From NCBI RefSeq assembly GCF_028368995.1, contig NZ_JAQNDL010000001.1, positions 2,880,001 through 2,944,000 of the forward strand: a stretch of 64,000 nt of DNA, given 5' to 3'. Below, piece by piece: positions 9,362 to 18,519 of the stretch. Position numbers and translations under genes: made by a program. The notes below the pieces were generated by a model. That model was not told the origin of the DNA, ran no database searches, and saw only the letters and a program-made list of their open reading frames with translations. Source of the DNA: Nannocystis bainbridge (lineage in GTDB: Bacteria > Myxococcota_A > Polyangia > Nannocystales > Nannocystaceae). Position 1 is the first letter of the stretch, and each line of letters starts with the position of its first letter.

Positions 9362-10507
9362 ATGCGTCCCGTCCTCGCCCGCCTCGCGGCCCCGCTGACC
9401 CTCCTCGCCCTCGTCGCCTGTCAGAGCGCCGACAAGCCCGCCGACAAGCCCGCCGCCGCCGAGCCCGCGACCGACAAGCCCGCCGCCGACAAGCCCGCCG
9501 AGCCCCCCGCCGAGCCGGCGACGAAGGTCGATCCGAACGTCCCGCTGACCGGCGAGCGCCACTTCAAGTCGCTGCAGCAGCTGACCTTCGGCGGCGAGAA
9601 CGCTGAAGCCTACTTCGCCGGTGACGAGAAGCGGCTGGTGTTTCAGAGCACCCGCGACGGCGCCGGCTGCGACCAGATCTACACCCTCGACCTGGCCGAA
9701 AAGGCGACCCGGCGCGTCAGCTCCGGCAAGGGTCGCACGACCTGCGCCTACTTCCTCCCGGGCGATCAGCGGGTCCTCTACGCCTCGACCCACGCGGCCG
9801 CCGACGACTGCCTGCCCAACCCCGACCGCAGCCGCGGCTACGTGTGGAAGCTGTACCCCGAGTTCGACATCTACACCGCCGCCGTCGACGGCAGCGACAT
9901 CCAGCCGCTCGTCACCGGCCCCGGCTACGACGCCGAGGCCACCGTCTCGCCGACCGGCGACGCGATCGTGTTCACCTCGACCCGCGACGGCGACCCCGAG
10001 CTCTACAAGATCAACGTCGACGGCACCGGCCTGGTGCGCCTCACCAACACCCCTGGCTACGACGGCGGCGCCTTCTTCTCGCCCGACGGCAAGCGCCTCG
10101 TCTACCGCGCCAACCACCCCGAGGGTGACGCCGAGCTCAAGGCCTACGACGACATCATCAAGGAGCACCTGGTCCGCCCGACCCGCCTCGAGATCTTCGT
10201 CATGAACGCCGACGGCAGCGACCAGCGCCAGATCACCAAGAACGGCAAGGCCAACTTCGCCCCGTTCTTCCACCCCGACGGCAAGCGCATCATCTTCAGC
10301 TCCAACCAGGGCGACCCCCGGGGCCGCGACTTCGACCTCTACCTGATCGGCGAGGACGGCCAGGGCCAGGAGCAGGTCACCCACAGCGACACCTTCGACG
10401 GCTTCCCGATGTTCACCCGCGACGGCAAGCACCTGGTGTTCGCCTCCAACCGCGGCGCCAAGAACCCCGGCGACACCGACGTGTTCCTGGCCGAGTGGGT
10501 CGACTAG
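9362..10507 (+). CDS. TolB-like PD40 beta-propeller lipoprotein
   Basis: Lipobox LVAC; GENAEAYF, GYDAEATVSP, GYDGGAFFSPDG, FDGFPMF repeats. Confidence 0.9.
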   Translation: MRPVLARLAAPLTLLALVACQSADKPADKPAAAEPATDKPAADKPAEPPAEPATKVDPNVPLTGERHFKSLQQLTFGGENAEAYFAGDEKRLVFQSTRDGAGCDQIYTLDLAEKATRRVSSGKGRTTCAYFLPGDQRVLYASTHAAADDCLPNPDRSRGYVWKLYPEFDIYTAAVDGSDIQPLVTGPGYDAEATVSPTGDAIVFTSTRDGDPELYKINVDGTGLVRLTNTPGYDGGAFFSPDGKRLVYRANHPEGDAELKAYDDIIKEHLVRPTRLEIFVMNADGSDQRQITKNGKANFAPFFHPDGKRIIFSSNQGDPRGRDFDLYLIGEDGQGQEQVTHSDTFDGFPMFTRDGKHLVFASNRGAKNPGDTDVFLAEWVD

Positions 10508-10521
10508 CCGCCTGACCCGAA

Positions 10522-10573
10522 GGACATGCCCCGAGGGACCTGTCCTAAGGGGCCTGTCCCGAAGGACCTGTCC
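10522..10573. repeat. Cluster of the 14-bp-period palindrome (4 units)
   Basis: ggacatgccc 10522, ggacctgtcc 10536, gggcctgtcc 10550, ggacctgtcc 10564. Confidence 0.85.
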
Positions 10574-10841
10574 CCGGAGCCTGCTGGGCCCGGGCCTCGA
10601 GCTCCGCCTGTCGCCGCTCGCGCTTGGCCGCGAACATCCCCTCGAGCGCGACGAAGTAGACCACCAGGTCGAGCGCGACGAACACCGCCACCCCCGCGGC
10701 GATCGCCAGCCCGCGCCCGCGTCCGCGGCGGCGCAGGGCCCGGCCGGCGAACACCGCCGCGGTGACGATGGCCGGCAGGACCAGCAGACCGGCCCAGCCG
10801 AGGTACGCCGCGTCGAGCACCAGCGTCGGCGGCGGAGCCAT
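10545..10841 (-). CDS. Small 2-TM membrane protein
   Basis: ATG at 10841; two hydrophobic segments separated by an Arg-rich loop. Confidence 0.55.
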   Translation of the reverse strand: MAPPPTLVLDAAYLGWAGLLVLPAIVTAAVFAGRALRRRGRGRGLAIAAGVAVFVALDLVVYFVALEGMFAAKRERRQAELEARAQQAPGTGPSGQAP

Positions 10842-10861
10842 GTCCGCCACCAACGGGCCGC

Positions 10862-11527
10862 TCAAGACTCGGGCTCCGTCAGATACGAGTAGGGCGTCTG
10901 CTTCCACACCGCCGGCCAGGTGGCGGTCACGCTGGGCCGCTCACGCATGCGCCCGCAGAAGGCGTGGAGGTTGGGGTAGCGCAGGCCGAGCTCGAGGCCG
11001 AGGTGCGCCGCCGTGGACACGTAGGCGAACACCGCGAGGTCGGCCAGGCTGATCGCCGAGCCGGCCGCCCAGTGGCCGATGCCGTAGTAGTACTCCCAGA
11101 AGAACAGCTCGTCGTGGAGGAACGACGCCAGGTGATCGACCTCGGCCGGGTCGAGGTCGATCGCCTTGGTGTTCATCAGGTACGAGAACAGCGCCATCCC
11201 GACCTGCTTGAGGTTGTTGGCCTCGTGCAGCCGCGTCAGCGCCAGAGCCCGCAGCGCGTTGGTGTTGGGCAGCAGCGCCGGCTGCGGGTAGGCGTATTCG
11301 AGGTAGTCGAGGATCGCCAGCGTCTCGTAGACGACGATGTTGCCGTCCATCAGCACCGGCACGGTCCCGCGCGGGTTCTTGGCCAGCATCTCCGGGCTCT
11401 TGTGCTCACCGGCCGCGAAGTTCAGCAGCTTGCACTCGTGGTCGAGCCCCTTCTCTTCGAGCGCGAGCCGGACCATCCAACACGGCGGAGAGCACTCGAC
11501 CGCGCGGATCGTGCTGGGGTCCGGCAT
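10862..11527 (-). CDS. Glutathione S-transferase family protein
   Basis: SPPCWMVRLALEEKGL, NPRGTVPVL, YETLAILDYL, ISLADL. The start may be 11527 or 11566. Confidence 0.9.
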   Translation of the reverse strand: MPDPSTIRAVECSPPCWMVRLALEEKGLDHECKLLNFAAGEHKSPEMLAKNPRGTVPVLMDGNIVVYETLAILDYLEYAYPQPALLPNTNALRALALTRLHEANNLKQVGMALFSYLMNTKAIDLDPAEVDHLASFLHDELFFWEYYYGIGHWAAGSAISLADLAVFAYVSTAAHLGLELGLRYPNLHAFCGRMRERPSVTATWPAVWKQTPYSYLTEPES

Positions 11528-11678
11528 GTAAAGCCTGATCTCCTCAGACGATTCGGACGAGAACATGCGTGCGTCTTGATTAACAGATCCGTCCGCCGCG
11601 CGTCAAGCGCACACGCGCTCGACCGGTGAAAGCCGGCCGCAGCGGCCTCTCGCGGGTCTTCGAGTACACTTCTCGGCC

Positions 11679-13031
11679 ATGAACGCCGGGAAAGCCAAGA
11701 AGCGCGTGCTCATCGTCGGCGGTGGGTTCGGCGGCCTGCGCGTCGCTCGCGGGCTCGCGGGCGCCGACGACCTCGAGATCACCCTCCTCGACCGGCGCAA
11801 TCACCACCTGTTCCAGCCGCTCCTGTATCAGGTCGCCATGGCCGGCCTCAGCCCGGCCGAGATCGCCGTCCCGATCCGCACCGTCTTCAGCCGCCAGAGC
11901 AACTGCCGCGTCATCCTCGAGTCCGCCGCCGGCATCGATTTCGCCAACAAGAAGCTCAAGACCACCGGCCTCGGCGACCTCGACTACGACTGGCTGGTGC
12001 TCGCGTGTGGCTCCCGTCACAGCTATTTCGGCCACGGCGAGTGGGAAGACTACGCGCCCGGCCTCAAGTCGCTCGAGGAGGCGACCGAGATCCGCCGCCG
12101 GGTCCTCACCGCGTTCGAGCTGGCCGAAAAAGAGACCGACCCGGCCAAGCAGCGGCGCCTGCTGACGTTCGTGGTCATCGGGGCCGGCCCGACAGGTGTC
12201 GAGCTCGCCGGGGCGCTCGGCGAGATCAGCCGCTTCACCCTGTCCCGCGATTTCCGCCGCATCGACCCCGAGCGCGCCCGCGTGATCCTCATCGAGGCCG
12301 GTCCGCGGATCCTCCCGACCTTCGCCGAGAAGCTGTCCGACAAGGCCACCCGCGACCTCGAGCAGCTCGGCGTCACCGTGTGGACCAACACCATGGTCAC
12401 CAACGTCACCGCCGAGGGCGTCGTGCTCGGCGGCGAGTCGGTGCAGTCCGCCACCGTGCTGTGGGCCGCCGGCGTGGCCCCGTCCGAACTCAACCGCAGC
12501 CTCGGGGTCGAGCTCGACCGCCAGGGCCGCATCATCGTCGACAAGGACTGCAGCATCCCCGGGCACCGCGAAGTGTTCGTCATCGGCGACCAGGCCCACC
12601 TCGAGGAGGAGCCCGGCAAGCCGCCGCTGCCCGGCCTGGCCCCGGTGGCGATCCAGCAGGGCCGCCACGTCGCCCGCAACATCCTGCTCGAGCTCAAGGG
12701 CAAGCCGCGCGAGCCGTTCCGCTACGTCGACAAGGGCCAGATGGCGACGATCGGTCGCCGCCGTGCGATCGCCCAGTTCGCCGGCATGGAGATCGCCGGC
12801 TTCGTCGCCTGGCTGGCCTGGCTGCTGGTCCACGTCTACTACCTGATCGGCTTCAAGAACCGCCTCCAGGTCATGTGGGAGTGGACCTGGTCGTATATTC
12901 GGTTCCGCCGCGGCGCCCGCCTGATCGTCAACAAGGACTGGCGCGCCCCCTTGCAGACGCCGACCAAGCCGGCCGAACAACCGGCCCCGGTCGAGTCGCT
13001 CCCGCCGCCGGCCACCCAGGCCCCCGCGTGA
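11679..13031 (+). CDS. ndh: Type II NADH dehydrogenase (NDH-2)
   Basis: GGGFGG, HLFQPLLYQVA, GAGPTGVELAG, VFVIGD, LAPVAIQQG, DKGQMATIG. Confidence 0.92.
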   Translation: MNAGKAKKRVLIVGGGFGGLRVARGLAGADDLEITLLDRRNHHLFQPLLYQVAMAGLSPAEIAVPIRTVFSRQSNCRVILESAAGIDFANKKLKTTGLGDLDYDWLVLACGSRHSYFGHGEWEDYAPGLKSLEEATEIRRRVLTAFELAEKETDPAKQRRLLTFVVIGAGPTGVELAGALGEISRFTLSRDFRRIDPERARVILIEAGPRILPTFAEKLSDKATRDLEQLGVTVWTNTMVTNVTAEGVVLGGESVQSATVLWAAGVAPSELNRSLGVELDRQGRIIVDKDCSIPGHREVFVIGDQAHLEEEPGKPPLPGLAPVAIQQGRHVARNILLELKGKPREPFRYVDKGQMATIGRRRAIAQFAGMEIAGFVAWLAWLLVHVYYLIGFKNRLQVMWEWTWSYIRFRRGARLIVNKDWRAPLQTPTKPAEQPAPVESLPPPATQAPA

Positions 13032-13203
13032 GCGCGTCACCGCAGCCATGAATCCGAGCGCCGGTGAATTCGAGCTTCTGGACGCCGCGCGGACCCTCGG
13101 GACCCGCGCGGTTTCGCCATGCGCGTCCGCCCGTGCGCACCCCCACGCCGCGGAAGTCCTTTGCAAAAGCGGCCGGACTGCCGTGATCATCGTACCGCCC
13201 GCG

Positions 13204-13944
13204 ATGTCCGCCACGCCCGACGAAGTCCCTCACGACTACGACATGAGCGGCTCGCTGTGGATGCGTCTCGTCGACGCGACCAGCATGTCGGTGTTCTTCT
13301 TCTTCGAGTACCTGCTGGCGCGCGACGTGTACCTGCACCTCGAGGCCGCGCCCGCGGGTCCGGCGGTCTGGCTGCTGCCGGTGGCGCTGCTGCTCGGCTA
13401 CGTCACCGCCGACTTCGTCTCGGGCTTCGTGCATTTTCTCGCCGACAACATCGGCTCGACGCGCACGCCCTTCTTCGGCCCGGTGTTCATCCGCCCGTTC
13501 CGCGAGCACCACATCGACCCGCTGGCGATAACCCGCCACGACTTCCTCGAGGTCAACGGCGCCAACTGCCTGATCAGCCTGCCGATCCTGATCGGCACCT
13601 GGTACTTCGTCCCGATCCACGACGCCGCCTCGCTGTTCTTCGCCGCCTACATCGGCCTGTTCCTGTTCGGCATCTTCCTCACCAACCAGTTCCACAGCTG
13701 GGCCCACAGCCCCCGCCCGCCGGCGTGGATCCGCGGCCTGCAGCGCTCCGGCCTCATCCTCGGCCCCGAGCACCACGCGCGCCACCATACGCCGCCGTTC
13801 AACAGCTACTACTGCATCACCTCCGGCTGGCTCAACCCGATCCTCGCCCGCACCCGCCTGTTCGAGCGCCTCAAGGAGCCGCTCCGCCGCGTGCTCGAGC
13901 CGATCGCCGGCAAGGCCGACGAGGTCGGCGGCGTCCAGGAGTGA
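13204..13944 (+). CDS. carF: CarF/TMEM189 plasmanylethanolamine desaturase family protein
   Basis: ADFVSGFVHFLAD, FREHH, NQFHSWAH, HHARHH, YYCITSGWLN histidine boxes. Confidence 0.85.
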   Translation: MSATPDEVPHDYDMSGSLWMRLVDATSMSVFFFFEYLLARDVYLHLEAAPAGPAVWLLPVALLLGYVTADFVSGFVHFLADNIGSTRTPFFGPVFIRPFREHHIDPLAITRHDFLEVNGANCLISLPILIGTWYFVPIHDAASLFFAAYIGLFLFGIFLTNQFHSWAHSPRPPAWIRGLQRSGLILGPEHHARHHTPPFNSYYCITSGWLNPILARTRLFERLKEPLRRVLEPIAGKADEVGGVQE

Positions 13945-13965
13945 CCTGTCCGCGAGGACAGGTCA
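13942..13965. repeat. Two-unit palindrome cluster forming a perfect 10-bp hairpin with a GCGA loop
   Basis: tgacctgtcc-gcga-ggacaggtca overlaps the carF stop codon. Confidence 0.75.
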
Positions 13966-14014
13966 CATGTCTCTCGCGCCAGGTCGCACGACCTGGCCGG
14001 AAGGCCAGGCGACC

Positions 14015-14215
14015 CTACGTCGGCCGGGTCCACAGCGGCGGCCAGTCGTCGAAGCGCAGCAGCTCGACGCCGTCGATCGCCAGCGCGTAGAGCGGCTCGT
14101 CGGGGAAATCGCCGAGCCGGATCGTCCAGCGCTCGCCGTCGACCTCGGCCACGTACATGGCCGAAGGGTCCTGTCCCTTCGACCAGTCGATGACTCGCCG
14201 CAGCCGCCCGTCCAT
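14015..14215 (-). CDS. Small acidic/aromatic protein, candidate immunity protein
   Basis: 66 aa, WTIRLGDFPDEPLYALAIDG..FDDWPPLW; ATG overlaps the upstream stop (TGATG). Confidence 0.7.
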   Translation of the reverse strand: MDGRLRRVIDWSKGQDPSAMYVAEVDGERWTIRLGDFPDEPLYALAIDGVELLRFDDWPPLWTRPT

Positions 14216-14727
14216 CAGAACCCCAGGCTCTGGTTGACGGCCGCGTCGGTCTTCTGGGCGCTCTCGACGATCGCCAGGTAGGCCGCGTCGCCGGTGAGGC
14301 CCTTGGCCAGGTTGCGCTCCAGCAGCCACTCGAAGCTCGGCCCGTCGGGGTCGCCGTACTTGGCGCGATCGCGCTCCTGCAGGGCCGCCAGCTCGGCCGG
14401 GTCGGACATCATCGCGCGGGCCGTCATGCGGGCGTCGTGGCGGATCTGGTAGGCGCGCCGGGCCTGCTCCTCGGCGGGGATCTGCTCCGCCTGCCACCGC
14501 TCGACCTCGCCGGCGATGGTGGCCACGCGCTCGAGATAGAGCTGCCGCGCCTGGCGATTGGTCCAGCGCGTGCCGGCCTGCTCGAGCCGCTCGGCCTCGG
14601 CGACGTCCTGCGGCCGCGGCAGACCGTCGGGCCAGGCCTCGCTCACCGGGATCTCGCGCGCACAACCTGCGAGCGCCGGGCCGGCCAGGCTCAGCGCGAC
14701 GAGGACGAACCGGAGCCACGAGCGCAC
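14215..14727 (-). CDS. Lipoprotein carrying a polymorphic-toxin C-terminal-like domain
   Basis: Lipobox LAGC; EEQARRAYQIRHDARMTARAMM..RDRAKYGDPDGPSFEWL..AIVESAQKTDAAVN resembles C-terminal tips of Rhs/haemagglutinin toxins, from recall. Confidence 0.6.
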   Translation of the reverse strand: MRSWLRFVLVALSLAGPALAGCAREIPVSEAWPDGLPRPQDVAEAERLEQAGTRWTNRQARQLYLERVATIAGEVERWQAEQIPAEEQARRAYQIRHDARMTARAMMSDPAELAALQERDRAKYGDPDGPSFEWLLERNLAKGLTGDAAYLAIVESAQKTDAAVNQSLGF

Positions 14728-14826
14728 GCGGGCAGCATGCCACAGCGCGCCGGCCCCTGTAAGCCGCGGCGGACGCCGGCCGTTCGCAAGCTATCATCGG
14801 CACCCTCGCCGCCTCGTGAGCCCGTG

Positions 14827-15723
14827 ATGCATCGACTCCGACCCCTCCTGGCCGCCGCGTTCCTCCTCTCTTCGTTCGGTTGTTCCATGGCGCCCAGGCG
14901 GGAGACCGCGTCCTCGCCCCCGATGGATGCCTCGTGGGGCGGCGGCGGCGCGATGGCCGACGGCGACGTGGCCGCGCCCGAGATGGCCCCCATGCCCGCC
15001 GAAGCCGACGGGAGCATCGACTTCAAGAGAGACGAGGCGATGACGAAGTCGATCGCCCCGACGACCTCGCTGAGCGCTCCGGCCCCGGCGCGGGGTCCAG
15101 TGGCCGGCCCCCCGGAGCCCAGGCCGGCGAGCACCCCGACCGTCAGCGGCGGTCAGGGCGAGGACAAGGAGAAGGAGCCGCAGAAGCAGTTCGCGCGGCA
15201 GATCGTCTACACCGCCGACATGGCGATCTCGTGCTTCAAGCTCGACGAGGCCATGCAGCGGGCCGAGGCCTTGACGCTCGAGTCCGGCGGCTACGTGCAG
15301 ACCATGTCGCAGGGCTACTTCGTCCTGCGGATCCCCGCCGTCCAGCTGCGCCGCGTCATGGAGGAGCTCGGCAAGCTCGGCGTCGTCGAGGGGCGCAACC
15401 TCCAGGCCCAGGACGTGACCCAGGAGTTCGTCGACCTCACCACGCGGATCCGCGTGCTGCGCGAGACCCAGAGCCAGGTCCTGCTCCTGCTCAAGCAGGC
15501 GCGCAACGTCCAGGAGGCGCTCGACGTCCGCCGCTCGCTCGACGCCATCACCCTCGAGCTCGAGACGGCGCTGGGCCGCCTGCGCCTGCTCGAGAACCAG
15601 ATCGACTTCTCCACCCTCACCGTGCGGATGAGCGAGCGCGGGCCCCAGAACGCGGTCCCGTCGAGCAACGATCCCTTCCCGTGGGTCGACACCCTCGGCG
15701 TCGAGGCCACCGAGTGGAACTGA
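14827..15723 (+). CDS. DUF4349 domain lipoprotein
   Basis: Lipobox SFGC; RQIVYTA, GGYV, LRIPA, QDVTQEFVDL, FSTLTV. Confidence 0.85.
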   Translation: MHRLRPLLAAAFLLSSFGCSMAPRRETASSPPMDASWGGGGAMADGDVAAPEMAPMPAEADGSIDFKRDEAMTKSIAPTTSLSAPAPARGPVAGPPEPRPASTPTVSGGQGEDKEKEPQKQFARQIVYTADMAISCFKLDEAMQRAEALTLESGGYVQTMSQGYFVLRIPAVQLRRVMEELGKLGVVEGRNLQAQDVTQEFVDLTTRIRVLRETQSQVLLLLKQARNVQEALDVRRSLDAITLELETALGRLRLLENQIDFSTLTVRMSERGPQNAVPSSNDPFPWVDTLGVEATEWN

Positions 15724-15728
15724 AGGCC

Positions 15729-16340
15729 ATGTCCAAAAATACCTGTCTCTTCGCACTCGTCATCGCCGCGACCGCGCTGCTGTCCGGCTGCAAGAAGTAC
15801 GCGATCGAGCCGCCGGTCGGCTTCGTCGAGGTCAGCAGCAACTCGTACGAGACGCGCATGAAGGCCCAGGACGACGTCGGCCTGCGCGTCCACCGGTTCG
15901 CCAACGTGCGCGGCGGCTCGCTCGGTTACTGGGCCGCCGACCTCGTCACCAAGCTCGGCAAGCGCGGCTACGTGCTCACCGGCCAACAGCCGGCCCGCAG
16001 CAAGAACGGCCGCGAGGGCACCCGCTTCGACTTCGACTACGCGATCCCCGGCAGCGACGAGCCCAAGTTCTACACCGTCGTCCTGTTCGTCACCGACGAT
16101 TACAAGTTCACGCTCGAGCTGGCCGGCGACCGCCAGCACGCCGCGACCCATCGCGCGCGCATCGCCGAGATCGCCGGCGAGCTCAAGATCCGCGGCTGCA
16201 AGCCGGCCTCGAAGATCTGCCGCAGCCCCCAGCCGCCGAAGCTGAGCTCCCCGCCGCCCGACCCGCTGCCCGGCCTGCCCGAGCCCGTCGTGCCCACGAC
16301 CCAGCCCGCCGGCCCGCCTGCCCCTCCGCAGGGCCCGTGA
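15729..16340 (+). CDS. Hypothetical lipoprotein (operon partner of DUF4349)
   Basis: ATG 5 nt after the upstream stop; lipobox LSGC; Pro-rich tail. Confidence 0.75.
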   Translation: MSKNTCLFALVIAATALLSGCKKYAIEPPVGFVEVSSNSYETRMKAQDDVGLRVHRFANVRGGSLGYWAADLVTKLGKRGYVLTGQQPARSKNGREGTRFDFDYAIPGSDEPKFYTVVLFVTDDYKFTLELAGDRQHAATHRARIAEIAGELKIRGCKPASKICRSPQPPKLSSPPPDPLPGLPEPVVPTTQPAGPPAPPQGP

Positions 16341-16459
16341 TTTCACCGCCTCGCACTCGCCTCGCTTTCGCGGTCGCAATGCGCTCGCGGCCATCGGCCT
16401 CGCGCGCATGAAGGTCCGTCCTTGACGTCCTCCCCCGCGGCGGGCCACCAATAGCCTGC

Positions 16460-18298
16460 GTGCCGCCCGACGAACTCGTCTCCGCCGGTCTCGCCCACGC
16501 CCGGCGGTGGGCCCTGCTCGCGGCGCTGCTCGGCTTCGCGGCCGGCTGGACCGCGTGGGCCCTGCTGCGCGGCGATCCAGCCGCGCTCGTCGCCGGCGAC
16601 CTCGACCCCGCGCAGCGGCTCGCCGCGCTCCGTGCCGGCCTCGCAGGCCTGGTCGTCCTGCCCGTCGTCTACTTCTTCGCCGCGCGGCGGCTGCAGCGAC
16701 CGCTCGCCGAGCTCGCCGTCACCTGGAATCATCGCCTCCTCCTCCTCGCCGGCGCGCCCGCCTGCGTCCTCCTCGCCGCGCCTGGCCTCGCCGAGCGGCG
16801 TGGCTTCGTCCCGCTCGCCGTCAGCCTCGGCCTCGGCCTGCTCGCCGCCGCCACCGCGTCCGGCTGGCGCGACGTGCTCGCCCGTCAGCCTGCGCGTCCG
16901 CGCCTCACCGCCGGCCTCTTGTTCGCGCTCGGCCTCGCCGTCGCCGCCCTGCTCGTCCACCTCGGCGTCGTCCGTCATCACGCCCTCGTCAGCAACATCC
17001 ACGACCTGGGCATCTTCGAGAACGTGCTGTGGCGCTCGCTCCACGGCGACCTGCTGGCCACCAGCCTGTTCCCCGGCGACACCTTCAACGGGCAACACTT
17101 CGCCCCGCTGTTGCTCGCGCTGGTCCCGTTCTACGCCCTGAGCCCGCGCGCCGAGACCCTGATCGCCCTGCAGGTGGTGTGGCTGTGCTCGGCCGCGATC
17201 CCCCTGTATCTGTTCTCGCGCCGGCGCAGCGGCAGCCTCGCGCTCGGGTTCGCCGTCACCCTCGCCTTCCTCGTCTCGCCGCTGGTCCACGCCAACGCGC
17301 TGTGGGATTTTCATGACCTCACGCTCGCCGTGCCGCTGGTGCTGTGGGCACTGTGGGCCCACGACGGCGATCGCCGGCTCGGCCTCGCCCTGGCCGTGGG
17401 CGCCCTCCTGCTCGCGCGCGAGGAGATGGGCCTCGTGGTCGCCGCGCTCGGCCTGTTCGTCGCGCTCGACGGCCGCCCGCGCCGCGGCCTCGTCCTGCTC
17501 GCGCTCGGGCTCATGTGGTTCATCCTCGTCGCCCGCGTGTTCGCGCCCGGCACCGGCGTCGGCGCCCACGCCGACGGCTTGCGCGGCAACCTGGCCGAAG
17601 CGACAGGTTATGGCGACCTCGCGCTCGCCCTGCTCGCCAACCCGCTGCGGCTCCCGCTCGAGCTGCTGCGGCCCGACAAGTTCGGCTACCTGCTGTGCCT
17701 CGGCGTCCCGCTGCTGCTGTTGCCCGCGCTCGCCGGTCGCCTGCTCGTGCTGCTGCTCCCGGCCGCCGCGATCTTCGTGCTCAGCGGCAACCAGTACGTC
17801 GCCGATCCGTACTTCCACTACACGAGCTTCTTCTTGCCCGCGGTGTTCGCCGCCGCTCCTGTCGGCGCGCTCCACCTGCAACGATGGCTCGGCGGTCCGC
17901 GAATGCACGAGCTGGCCGCCGGCATCGTCGTCGCCGCGCTCGCGTTCGGCTGGTCGTTCGGCCTGCCCGGCGGCAGCTTCCGCGCCGGCTTCCACCCGGT
18001 CCCGACCGCGCTCACCGAGGCCGAGCGCGAGCGCCACGCCTGGCTCGCCGGCCTGGCCCGCGACCTGCCCGCCGACGCGTGTGTCGCCGCCACCGGCGAC
18101 GTCGGCGCTCACCTGGCCGGCCGCCGCTGCTTCGCGTGGTTCCCGGCCCGCCTCGACGTCGACTACCTCGTCCTCCACCGCGAGGACATCAACGCCAAGC
18201 ACATGCCCCTGCTCCGCAACCTCCGCGCCGAGCAGCGCTTCCGCACCTTCGACGAGCAGCACAAGATCCTGGTGCTGCAGCGCAACCCGGACAAGTAA
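16460..18298 (+). CDS. DUF2079 family multi-TM protein (putative GT-C glycosyltransferase)
   Basis: DLGIFENVLW, GQHFAPLL, WDFHDL, LLAREE, FHYTS motifs. Confidence 0.82.
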   Translation: MPPDELVSAGLAHARRWALLAALLGFAAGWTAWALLRGDPAALVAGDLDPAQRLAALRAGLAGLVVLPVVYFFAARRLQRPLAELAVTWNHRLLLLAGAPACVLLAAPGLAERRGFVPLAVSLGLGLLAAATASGWRDVLARQPARPRLTAGLLFALGLAVAALLVHLGVVRHHALVSNIHDLGIFENVLWRSLHGDLLATSLFPGDTFNGQHFAPLLLALVPFYALSPRAETLIALQVVWLCSAAIPLYLFSRRRSGSLALGFAVTLAFLVSPLVHANALWDFHDLTLAVPLVLWALWAHDGDRRLGLALAVGALLLAREEMGLVVAALGLFVALDGRPRRGLVLLALGLMWFILVARVFAPGTGVGAHADGLRGNLAEATGYGDLALALLANPLRLPLELLRPDKFGYLLCLGVPLLLLPALAGRLLVLLLPAAAIFVLSGNQYVADPYFHYTSFFLPAVFAAAPVGALHLQRWLGGPRMHELAAGIVVAALAFGWSFGLPGGSFRAGFHPVPTALTEAERERHAWLAGLARDLPADACVAATGDVGAHLAGRRCFAWFPARLDVDYLVLHREDINAKHMPLLRNLRAEQRFRTFDEQHKILVLQRNPDK

Positions 18299-18305
18299 TC
18301 CAAAT

Positions 18306-18357
18306 GGACATGTCCCATAGGACATTCTCGAAAGAGCATGTTCTTTTGAACATGTCC
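18306..18357. repeat. Cluster of the 14-bp-period palindrome (4 units)
   Basis: ggacatgtcc 18306, ggacattctc 18320, gagcatgttc 18334, gaacatgtcc 18348. Confidence 0.85.
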
Positions 18358-18519
18358 ATTCATTCCTATTTTCGCATCCATCACCCCGACGCCCCCGCCT
18401 GAGACTCGCTGTCCGACCGTGGCGCCTCGCTCGCCGGCGCGCGGCCGCGCTCGCACGTTTTACACAGCCTTGACCGTCGCCGCTTCCGTCCGCCGGTACA
18501 CCCGACGTCGGAGACAGCG

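Noticed and set aside
7376-10432. 1018-aa ORF on the minus strand
   Set aside because: Only the last 240 aa (enoyl-CoA hydratase) are real; the rest is the antisense or off-frame shadow of the TolB-like and hypothetical genes.
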